From Archangiaceae bacterium (GTDB taxonomy: Bacteria; Myxococcota; Myxococcia; Myxococcales; Myxococcaceae): a stretch of DNA of 47,618 nt. Under the pieces are notes generated by a model. The model did no database searches, was not told the DNA's origin, and saw only the letters and a program-made list of their open reading frames with translations. Position numbers and translations under genes: made by a program. The DNA lies in the NCBI GenBank assembly GCA_043750125.1, contig JAYVCD010000112.1:1-47618 (forward strand), written 5' to 3'. Below, in pieces: positions 9,789 to 18,265 of this stretch; the stretch's first letter is position 1; each line of letters opens with the position of its first letter.

Positions 9789-12700
9789 ATGATTCGACGA
9801 TTCAGCAGCCTGGTTGCAGTGGGAATGGTGCTGGCCACGACTCCCTCGCTTGCGGACATCGTCAACTTCCCCAAAGGGTCGCTGATCATTCCCGAGCAGG
9901 CCAACTTCCAGACTCCGTGCGGAAGCCTCGGGACCTACGGCCTGGTCTACCGGCTGTTGCTCGCGAACGCGCCGGGCGGCTACTTCGACCCCGTCGCCCA
10001 CCCGGGTCGAACGCCGATCACCGTCTACTGGATTGTCGGCGGCAACAAGGTCTCGCCCAACCGCTGTGTTCCCACCAACAAGAGCATCCCTCCCAATGGC
10101 TCGTTGTGGAACGCGGTCGGCTCGCCCGGCTACAACGACGGGTGCGACTTCGCAGTGTCCAACGCCCTGCAGCAGCCGGTCACCCAGGTCGACTACTCGC
10201 TCAACCCCTGGACGTCAGGGACGATGGACGGAATCTTTCCGATCGTGGACCTGCCGATGCGCACCCCGAGCCTGGTGGGGAAAGATTCGGATCGGCTTCC
10301 CAGCGCCAGTCGGTTCATTCAGCTGAGCTTTACTTCTACGGTGGCCGGGACCCTCTTCGATTCCGCGTCGATGGCCCTGACCGGGACGGCCGTCGCCTCA
10401 GGAGCAACCATCAAGTTGAGTGGAACCGGAGGGGGAAACAGGAGGGACGTCAATATCCTCGACTCGACCGGCAACCAGATTGGGACCGTCAAGTCCAACT
10501 CTTCTGGGGTCTGGTCCTTGACCGTCCTGGCGCAGGACGCCAACACCCGGGTCCCCAACACGGCAGGCACCACGGTCGCCGGCAAACAAATCTGGTTCAG
10601 CGTCCTGGGACCCTCGGTCAACTACACCGGCATCAATGCTCCGGAAGCCATTCCGGCCTATACGAAAATTGCGACCCTGAATCAGTTCAACGGGTTCAGC
10701 GACATCCAGTACATGGGCGGGCCGTTCGTCATTCACCAATCCGATTCCCGGCAGGTGATCGAGTTTCTGCTCAATGGAGACGGGGCTCGGACCCTGATTC
10801 CTGTCGGCGCCTTTGGTCCCGTGCCGGCCCGCACCGTTGACGTCCTTGCCGAGTTTATCGGCGGGCGTGCTTCGAACAGCGCTCTGTCTGCGCGGCCGGG
10901 GGGGTTCTTCGATGCCTGCACTGGGCCGAAGCTGACCATCAACGGCCTGTTCTCGAGCGGCTCGAGTGCGGGGACTTCCCACTACGTCAGCATGCACCAG
11001 GCGCTCACCGCGTTTAACGCCAACGTCAGTCGGCGATTGGGCAACGCGCCCCCGAAGATTGCGCTGCTCAATCGGCAGAGCAACCTCGACTCGACGGGTG
11101 GTGCGTCGGTCTCTGGCCTCGCGATTCTCGATGCGTACCTCGGAAATGCCGGGCTCTTTCTCACCAACAGCACCTCGAACGTCGATTCGGGGGGGTGCCC
11201 TCCCAACACCCGCGAGGCCTGCACCGCCAACGGCTCGGGCGCCACCAAGAACGGTGGATTCATCTACGACAACATCGATGCCAACGGCGACCTCGTCCCG
11301 CAAGCAGGGTTGCTGAACGGGGTGCTCGGGACCAAAGACGCCTTCGGAGTCAACACCTACGGCGTGATGTGGTCCCCGCACTGGGAAACCACGCACAACG
11401 CGCTCGACGAATACCCATATCAGTCTCCCAGTGGGCTGACCGGCGCTGCTGCAATGAACAACATTGCTTCCTTTCTCAACTTACCCGGCAAGGGCTTGAT
11501 GGGAGAGTGCGCGAGCATCGGCAGTTATGAAGGAACCAATTCGATCGCCAATTACGGTGGCGCCGCGACCCAATTCCAGTTCAATGGACAGGTGACCAAC
11601 AACGGGCTCAGCGTCGACAACGGAAGATGGGACGGGATGAACTGTACGGATCCCAATTACCCAAACAACCTGACTGCCGCTTGCGCGAAATTGGGAATCG
11701 CGCCGGCTCTGTGTTTCAGCAATACGACGGCTGCCAAGCAGGAATGTATGGTTTGGGACAACACCATCAGTGAGTTTGCCCAGATTGGGGACTACCATTT
11801 CGTGCAGGCGGGTGGAGCGATCGACTCCTTCAAGCCGAAAGTGGGCGTTACGGCCAACTCATCCACCCGGATCCTGGCCACCACCTGGATGAACTACACC
11901 CCGGGGGCCTACCCGGCCGGCGGCGCGTGCGATCCGAATGACCCGACCTGCGACAACCACTGGAACATCTTTACCCTGGGCAGCAAAGACAACGACGCCA
12001 CCAAGGGCACCATCGTGTACGTCGCGGGTCACGACTACCAGGTGTCGACGGTCGGCTCGCGCATCATCATGAACACCCTGCTCAACCTGGGTCAGCAGCC
12101 GCTCTACGCCAATCGGGCCGTCTCGAGCCCGACCATTTTCGCCGACCCCAACGGCGCCCGCGACTCGGTGGGAACGATCAAAACCGGCCTCGTTCCGCTG
12201 GCCTTCTCTGGGGTCTACAACCTCGTCTCGGGCGTCTCGAACAGCCGCTTCACCTACTCGTGGAGCGTGGGCTCGCAGTGGATTTTCCCCAAGACCACCG
12301 GCAACATCTTCGAGCGCCCCCTGGTCGATGTCGGGGCGGTCGCGAAGTTCGCCGTTGGCAGCACGAACTTCAACATCTCGGCTTTGTGGGACGCCAACGG
12401 GCAGCTGGGCGCCGTCTACGGCGGGGCGGCCGGAACCCGAAACCTCTTCACCTACCTCGGCGGCACCATCGTCGCCAACGCGGCGTACCCTCACGGGGCT
12501 CTGCAGAAGAACTGGGTGCCTGCGCCGGTGGAGCCCAACGAGGTGGACCAGATGGGCTGCGTCGACGTGCTCAGCTGGGGCAAGGTCACCGACGGCAAGC
12601 ACTTGCCCTACTTCGGTCTGGTCACCGGGGCGGGCGACGGGGTCTGCGATGTCTTCGAGGCGACGCAGTTAATTCTGCCGGCGCCGTGCACGGACGGCTT

Positions 12701-14549
12701 CGGCGTGAACTGCCTGGCGGCGAACATGACGCTGCTCAATTCCACAGCCTCGAGAGACACGGTGAAGGGAATGCTGCAGGTCGTTCAGGGCGCCTGCTTC
12801 ACCACCTCGACCCGGGCCGACAACAGCGGAAATTACGCCGTCCCGGCCACCACCGCCGCGTGCAACAGCAACTTCTTCCCGGTGAACAAGCCGCTGCTGG
12901 GCGGGGTGCTGCACTCGAGCCCGGCGATCGTCGGGGCGAGCGTCAACGTGATCGACAACGGCGCGCCGCGCCCGACGGTGCTCTACACCACCTCGGCCGA
13001 TGGCCAGCTGCACGCGTTCTATGTCTCGGGAGGAGCCGGCTACACCGGCCCTTCGGGGACCTTGAGCTTCCCCAACACTTTGGCTTCCACCGTGTTCAAC
13101 ACCACCTGGGCCAACCCGTTCGTCATGCCTTTGCCGCTGACCGAGCTGTGGGCGTACATGCCGGCCTCGCAGCTTCCGCTGCTGTCGTCGAACAGCCAGA
13201 TGGTCGACTCGGCCCCGGTGGTTCAAGACGTCTTCGCGGACTTCAACAACAGCGGCATTCGCCAGTGGCACACGGTCCTCGTCGCGACCGCAGGAAATCC
13301 ATTGGGAAACCCGGGCAGCGAAGTGTTCGCGATGGACATCACCAACCCGCTCAAGCCCGCGCTGCTGTGGGACATGATGGGCACGTGGACGGGGCCGGTC
13401 GGTACCGTCACGCCGATCGCGGTGGCCAACCTTCCCGCCGCCACCTACCCCGGTGCGCTGCGCTCGGTGCAGACCGGGCGCGGTGGGTCGTACCCCGCGG
13501 CCGGTTTGAGCACGGGCAGCGTGTATGGCTACAGCACCCTGGGCGCGACCTATGGGTTGTCATTGGGAGTCACCCGCAGCGGCGTCGAGCCTTCCTTCCC
13601 GGTCTTCCTCTCGAGCAACTTCGTGCAGGACCTCGCGAACGCGCCGCTCACCAACGGAGCGCAAATCTTTTCCATCGACACGGCCACCGGTCAGATCCTC
13701 TGGCACTGGCTCCAGCCGTACGCCACGACGGGCAGCGTGCCGGGCAACCCGGTGCCGCAGCCGGTCACGTTGGTCCCCGACCGGTACGGGACGGTGAACC
13801 TCGTCTACGTCAACGACATGGAAGGCAAGACCTGGGAGCTGCCTGCGAAGACTGGAATCAACGCGTGGAACTCGTTGGGCGTGGGCGGCAGCGGAGCCAT
13901 CTTCTCGACCGGCACCGCGGCTGAGCCGATCACCACTCCGCTGGCGATCGCCCGGTTGCCGCTGTTCGCCACCGCCAGCACCGGGGTGCTCAAGCCGTTC
14001 AGCCAAAAGCTGATTGCCCTCTTGGGCACCGACAACTCGCCTGATGGCTTCGTCAACCCCGATGGCCAGCTGCACGTGATGAACGTCGACCCGAGCTCGC
14101 GGCCCGCGACGGGCGTCGCCTACTCGGACATGAACCTGGTGCTCACTCCGTTTCCGATGACGTTCGCCGCGCGGCGCATCGCGGGCACCATCTCGGTGAT
14201 TGGACAGACGGCCTACGTGGCCACCACCAGCAAGACGCTCAGCGACCCCCTGCTGATCGACACCGCGGCGCTGGGCGGCGTCTACGCGATTGACCTCGGC
14301 GGAATCACCAGCTCGACCATCACCACCAGCCTTCCGTACTTCAGCACCCAGGGCAGCTACGGCGGGGTGTCTGTCTATTACGAGGCGGGCGTCGGAACCC
14401 ACGTGATTGCTTCCCAGGTGGACCGCCAGGCTCACACCGTCGAAGTCACCACTCCGGCCAACACTCCGAACCCGACCTTGAGGGTCAACACTCCTCAGGA
14501 CGGGGTCCTCTACCGCTTCACCGGTTGGGTCCGCCGCATCCTCGAATGA
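9789..14549 (+). CDS. pilY1: PilY1-like type IV pilus tip adhesin (1586 aa): signal peptide, large N-terminal region, C-terminal PilY1 beta-propeller
   Basis: GGAG RBS; MIRRFSSLVAVGMVLATTPSLA signal; HSSPAIVG, DGQLHAF, ELWAYMP, VDSAPVVQDV, FAMDITNP..P.LLW, DMEGKTW; next to minor pilins. Confidence 0.82.
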   Translation: MIRRFSSLVAVGMVLATTPSLADIVNFPKGSLIIPEQANFQTPCGSLGTYGLVYRLLLANAPGGYFDPVAHPGRTPITVYWIVGGNKVSPNRCVPTNKSIPPNGSLWNAVGSPGYNDGCDFAVSNALQQPVTQVDYSLNPWTSGTMDGIFPIVDLPMRTPSLVGKDSDRLPSASRFIQLSFTSTVAGTLFDSASMALTGTAVASGATIKLSGTGGGNRRDVNILDSTGNQIGTVKSNSSGVWSLTVLAQDANTRVPNTAGTTVAGKQIWFSVLGPSVNYTGINAPEAIPAYTKIATLNQFNGFSDIQYMGGPFVIHQSDSRQVIEFLLNGDGARTLIPVGAFGPVPARTVDVLAEFIGGRASNSALSARPGGFFDACTGPKLTINGLFSSGSSAGTSHYVSMHQALTAFNANVSRRLGNAPPKIALLNRQSNLDSTGGASVSGLAILDAYLGNAGLFLTNSTSNVDSGGCPPNTREACTANGSGATKNGGFIYDNIDANGDLVPQAGLLNGVLGTKDAFGVNTYGVMWSPHWETTHNALDEYPYQSPSGLTGAAAMNNIASFLNLPGKGLMGECASIGSYEGTNSIANYGGAATQFQFNGQVTNNGLSVDNGRWDGMNCTDPNYPNNLTAACAKLGIAPALCFSNTTAAKQECMVWDNTISEFAQIGDYHFVQAGGAIDSFKPKVGVTANSSTRILATTWMNYTPGAYPAGGACDPNDPTCDNHWNIFTLGSKDNDATKGTIVYVAGHDYQVSTVGSRIIMNTLLNLGQQPLYANRAVSSPTIFADPNGARDSVGTIKTGLVPLAFSGVYNLVSGVSNSRFTYSWSVGSQWIFPKTTGNIFERPLVDVGAVAKFAVGSTNFNISALWDANGQLGAVYGGAAGTRNLFTYLGGTIVANAAYPHGALQKNWVPAPVEPNEVDQMGCVDVLSWGKVTDGKHLPYFGLVTGAGDGVCDVFEATQLILPAPCTDGFGVNCLAANMTLLNSTASRDTVKGMLQVVQGACFTTSTRADNSGNYAVPATTAACNSNFFPVNKPLLGGVLHSSPAIVGASVNVIDNGAPRPTVLYTTSADGQLHAFYVSGGAGYTGPSGTLSFPNTLASTVFNTTWANPFVMPLPLTELWAYMPASQLPLLSSNSQMVDSAPVVQDVFADFNNSGIRQWHTVLVATAGNPLGNPGSEVFAMDITNPLKPALLWDMMGTWTGPVGTVTPIAVANLPAATYPGALRSVQTGRGGSYPAAGLSTGSVYGYSTLGATYGLSLGVTRSGVEPSFPVFLSSNFVQDLANAPLTNGAQIFSIDTATGQILWHWLQPYATTGSVPGNPVPQPVTLVPDRYGTVNLVYVNDMEGKTWELPAKTGINAWNSLGVGGSGAIFSTGTAAEPITTPLAIARLPLFATASTGVLKPFSQKLIALLGTDNSPDGFVNPDGQLHVMNVDPSSRPATGVAYSDMNLVLTPFPMTFAARRIAGTISVIGQTAYVATTSKTLSDPLLIDTAALGGVYAIDLGGITSSTITTSLPYFSTQGSYGGVSVYYEAGVGTHVIASQVDRQAHTVEVTTPANTPNPTLRVNTPQDGVLYRFTGWVRRILE

Positions 14550-14570
14550 CCTGACCAAAAAAATCGCACC

Positions 14571-15227
14571 ATGAACTCAGCCCAGAAATCCAAGCGCCCG
14601 CGCGTCACCGGCTTCACTCTGATTGAAGTGATGGTCGCCCTCGTCATCCTCGCGGTGGCGGTGGTCGGTTCGATGGGGGCCCTGATCGCCGCAGGCAAAG
14701 AGCTCAAGGACGGGCAGACCCGCCAGGTCCGGGGGCTGCTGGGTGATTCGAGCGCCCGACGTTGGATGCTCGCCAGCAAGCTGCCCACGTCCCCCCTGGC
14801 GGTGGCCGCCGCGCTGGCGCCGCTGGCGACCGCCTGTCCGACTCCGTGCTCCGGGCTCCCGATTGGCGCCGCGCCCTGGGCGGTCGACGCGACTCCGGTC
14901 GTCGCGGGCGATCTGTCCACCGGTGCTTATTTCCAGATTTTCCGCAACGGCGAGATCCAGCAGATCACCGCGTCGACCACCCCGATTTCTGTCGCGAACG
15001 GGACGGCGTGCAGCGCGGTGCCGACCTCGGTCTATTGCCGCGAGACGTTGATTACCCGCTCTCCGGCGCCGATCGTCACTGCGAGCAGCACCTGGAACTT
15101 GGCCTGGCCCCCTGCCGCGACCAACCTGCCGGCCGGCACCAGCATCTACACCATCTGGATTCGAGTGATGAAAGGCGGCGACACCGCCGCCAACGCCATC
15201 TACTTCACGGACTCCTTCGTTCAATGA
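14571..15227 (+). CDS. pilV: Type IV minor pilin, PilV-like
   Basis: Prepilin site G|FTLIEVMVALVIL with Glu+5. Confidence 0.75.
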   Translation: MNSAQKSKRPRVTGFTLIEVMVALVILAVAVVGSMGALIAAGKELKDGQTRQVRGLLGDSSARRWMLASKLPTSPLAVAAALAPLATACPTPCSGLPIGAAPWAVDATPVVAGDLSTGAYFQIFRNGEIQQITASTTPISVANGTACSAVPTSVYCRETLITRSPAPIVTASSTWNLAWPPAATNLPAGTSIYTIWIRVMKGGDTAANAIYFTDSFVQ

Positions 15228-16315
15228 AACGCTCTGCCCCTGCCGGCTTCTCACTGATTGAGCTGATGGTCTCGGTCGCGATCACCGCGGTGGCGATCGC
15301 CGCGACCATCTCAGTCGTCATCTCGCTGACCTCGATGACCCGCAACGCCGAGAATTACAGCGATGACGTGGGGCGCGCCCGCACCGGAGCGACGAACCTC
15401 ACCCGAGCCATCGAGGGAACCGGGCTGATGACGCCCGGGGGGCTGTGGGTCAATACCGCCACCGGTCCGACGCTGATCAACACCATCTTTGGAATCGATG
15501 GCACCACCGGGGCGGGCTTTGCCGCAGGCGGAGCGGCTCCCGTCGTGACCGGGCCCGACGACCTGTGGGTCATCACTCCGGACCGCAATGCCTTTCGCGA
15601 GGGGTGCGTCGACAAGGGCGCGGGCGTCTCGCTGAACAAGACCGTGGCGACGGGCGTGCTCACCGTTCAGTGCCCGACGGCGATTGCCACTTTTGCGGTG
15701 ACCGACTTTCTCGTCGCCGCCAACGCGACCACCGGCGCCCTGCTCAGTCCTCCGCTCGTCCTGGGGCTCGCAGGGACCACGGCCACCATCGGGTACGCAG
15801 AGCAGGCCGTCTCTGGCTATTCGGCCGCCCCTCCACCGGGTGAAGGGTTCACCAAGGGGGACCTGGTGTACGCGGTGAACGTCTTTCACTACGCGATTCG
15901 CAACAACCCGATGACCAGTCGGCCAGCGTTGATTCGGCACCGGGGAATGACCGGCACCGAGCCGGTGACCAAGCGACCCTTCGTCGAAGATCCGGCCTAC
16001 TCCGACGAAGTCATTCAGGACTACGTCGAAGACCTCCAGGTGTCGTTCGGGCTGGAAAATCCGGGCACCGGGGCGATCACCTTCCAGCCTTCGCTCGCCC
16101 CGGCGTTCAACGCAGGAGCGCCGCTGCGCAGCGTTCGAATCAACGTGGTGGTGATGGGCAGGCAGCGGGACCTGGCGAACGATGCCACCCGGACCTTTCC
16201 CCTCACCCCGCTGACGGTCGACAACCACGTCGCGTCCACCACCGCCGATGGGTTCCGGCGGGTGCTCTTCACCCAGCGAATCGAAGTGCCCAATGCAGCT
16301 CCGGGGAATCTATGA
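15224..16315 (+). CDS. pilW: Type IV minor pilin, PilW-like (363 aa)
   Basis: G|FSLIELMVSVAI; C-terminal VEDLQVSFG, LRSVRINVV, DGFRR; ATGA overlap. Confidence 0.78.
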   Translation: MKRSAPAGFSLIELMVSVAITAVAIAATISVVISLTSMTRNAENYSDDVGRARTGATNLTRAIEGTGLMTPGGLWVNTATGPTLINTIFGIDGTTGAGFAAGGAAPVVTGPDDLWVITPDRNAFREGCVDKGAGVSLNKTVATGVLTVQCPTAIATFAVTDFLVAANATTGALLSPPLVLGLAGTTATIGYAEQAVSGYSAAPPPGEGFTKGDLVYAVNVFHYAIRNNPMTSRPALIRHRGMTGTEPVTKRPFVEDPAYSDEVIQDYVEDLQVSFGLENPGTGAITFQPSLAPAFNAGAPLRSVRINVVVMGRQRDLANDATRTFPLTPLTVDNHVASTTADGFRRVLFTQRIEVPNAAPGNL

Positions 16316-16905
16316 ATCGCAGCTCGAGCATTCGGCGTGGCAGCGCGTTGATGACGTCGGTGTTGCTCATCTCGGTGATGCTGGTGGTCACGGCGGGGGT
16401 CCTCTACTTCGCAGGGCAGGAGCGTCGCCGTTCGATTCAGCAGTCGCGAACCATTCCCCGAAACTATTGCGTCGAGACGGGCCTTCAAATCGCGCGCACC
16501 TATTACGGCGCCAACTACGCGAGCTGGAACACCTTCCTGGCCGCCCCCACCCAGTACAACCCGGTGGCTTCGGCCTGCAACCTGGTTCCCGCGATACCGA
16601 CCGCTTCCACCTTGCCGGCCGCGACCCTGGTGGACCTCGATGGCGATGGAGCCAACGACGTCTACATCTACATTCGCGACAATTTTGATGAGCATCCGCC
16701 GGCGGTGGCCGATTGCGCCCGCGACAACGACCTGCAGGTTCTGGTCGGAGCGGTGTGCATCTCGCGAACGCTGGCTCCGCGCCGCGAGGACGGAAGCGTG
16801 AATCCGATTCTGCAGACCACCGAGGGAATCCTTCAGTATTCCCCTCCGAACAACAACTACGCGCAGGGGCGCGGCTCTGCGCTGGGAAACGCCAACACCA
16901 ACTAA
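16312..16905 (+). CDS. pilX: Type IV minor pilin, PilX-like
   Basis: RG|SALMTSVLL hydrophobic helix lacking Glu+5 (PilX/GspK hallmark); ATGA overlap. Confidence 0.72.
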   Translation: MNRSSSIRRGSALMTSVLLISVMLVVTAGVLYFAGQERRRSIQQSRTIPRNYCVETGLQIARTYYGANYASWNTFLAAPTQYNPVASACNLVPAIPTASTLPAATLVDLDGDGANDVYIYIRDNFDEHPPAVADCARDNDLQVLVGAVCISRTLAPRREDGSVNPILQTTEGILQYSPPNNNYAQGRGSALGNANTN

Positions 16906-16936
16906 AGCTTCCCCCCGATGTGGTTTGTTCCGCGCG

Positions 16937-18265
16937 ATGAAAACCCTCGCGCTTGCGTTTTTCCTGTTGGCTCGCATCGTCTTCGCCCAGGCTTCGGCCA
17001 GCGCTGAGACGGTTCCGATTTCGACCCCCACCGGCGCCAATGACACCGCGGTCTGGGTCCACCCCACCGACGTGAGCAAGAGCCTGGTCTTTGGAACGGA
17101 CCAACTCGGAGGCGGCCTCTACTCCTACGCTCTGGACGGTGGGCTGCGCGAGTTTCTCAACCTCGGCACCACCCGCGCGGTGGATGTCCGCTACGGCCTC
17201 AAGCGGGGCGCGGGCTCGACCGACGTGGTGGTCGCGGTTGGGGTCAACGGTGCCTATCGGTTGCTGGCGCCGGACCCGGACGATGGGGGCCGACTCTTCT
17301 TCCTCGACGGGGCGCCGACCCAGTCGGGCTCGAGCGTCAGTGCCGCGGCGCTCTCGGTCGGGTCAGGCGACCGCAGCTTGATGATCTACGTCAGCGACTT
17401 CTCGGGAAACCTGCGGCACTACCAGGCCCGCGATGACGGCCAGGGCAAGCTGACCCCGACCTTGCTGCGCACTCTGGCCCTGGGCGCTCCCGTCGAAGGA
17501 CTCGTGGCCGATGATCGTTCAGACCGGCTGTTCCTCACCCTCGCGAACCGCGGCCTGTTCGTGGTCGGGGCGGCCAACGGCTCTTCGACGACTCCGCTTC
17601 TGGTCGACAGCCTCGATGCGGGACGTCTGGCCGGAGCCAAAGGCGTGGCGCTCTATTACACTGCGGACGGGGGCGGGTACGTCATCGCGTCGGCCAGCCA
17701 GTCCAGCCGGTTTGCGGTGTACGCCCTGAGCAGTGGCTTTCCGTTCGTCACCTCGTTCAATCTGATTGCCGACGGCGGGAACAAGGGCGCGACCAATACC
17801 TCGGGAATCGACCTGGTGCCGATCTCACTCGGGCCGCCGTTCAACGCGGGCTTGTTCGTCGCCCACGACCAGAACAACGTCACCGGCCCCAACTACAAGC
17901 TCGTGAAGTGGGAAGCGATCGCCTCTTCCACCAGCCCGGCGTTGGCGGTGGATCTTCGCGTCGACCCTCGACTCGGCTTCTTCGACGCCGGGGCAGGGGA
18001 CGCGGGAAAGCCAGAGGGCGGAACCCGATGCCCGCTCGACGCCGGCGCCGGCGATTCCGGATCGATGGCTGATTCCGGAACGGACTCTTGTCAGGGCACC
18101 GGGGGCGGAAGCGCCACCGCCGGCCCAGTCGGAGGCGGCGGACCCAGTGGCAGCGGCGGGGGCGTCGCGGAGCCCAAAGGCTGCAGCTGCAGCTCGGCCG
18201 CTTTGCTCTTTCCGCTCGCCGCCCTCGCCGGTTTGATCCGGCGCCGCTCGCGCGCCCGCGCTTAG
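16937..18265 (+). CDS. Beta-propeller phytase-like protein with MYXO-CTERM anchor (442 aa)
   Basis: NDTAVWVHPTDVSKSLVFGTD, VDVRYG, EGLVAD, GLFVAHD, NYKLVKW; DAG/Gly stalk and GCSCS-hydrophobic-RRR tail. Confidence 0.82.
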   Translation: MKTLALAFFLLARIVFAQASASAETVPISTPTGANDTAVWVHPTDVSKSLVFGTDQLGGGLYSYALDGGLREFLNLGTTRAVDVRYGLKRGAGSTDVVVAVGVNGAYRLLAPDPDDGGRLFFLDGAPTQSGSSVSAAALSVGSGDRSLMIYVSDFSGNLRHYQARDDGQGKLTPTLLRTLALGAPVEGLVADDRSDRLFLTLANRGLFVVGAANGSSTTPLLVDSLDAGRLAGAKGVALYYTADGGGYVIASASQSSRFAVYALSSGFPFVTSFNLIADGGNKGATNTSGIDLVPISLGPPFNAGLFVAHDQNNVTGPNYKLVKWEAIASSTSPALAVDLRVDPRLGFFDAGAGDAGKPEGGTRCPLDAGAGDSGSMADSGTDSCQGTGGGSATAGPVGGGGPSGSGGGVAEPKGCSCSSAALLFPLAALAGLIRRRSRARA

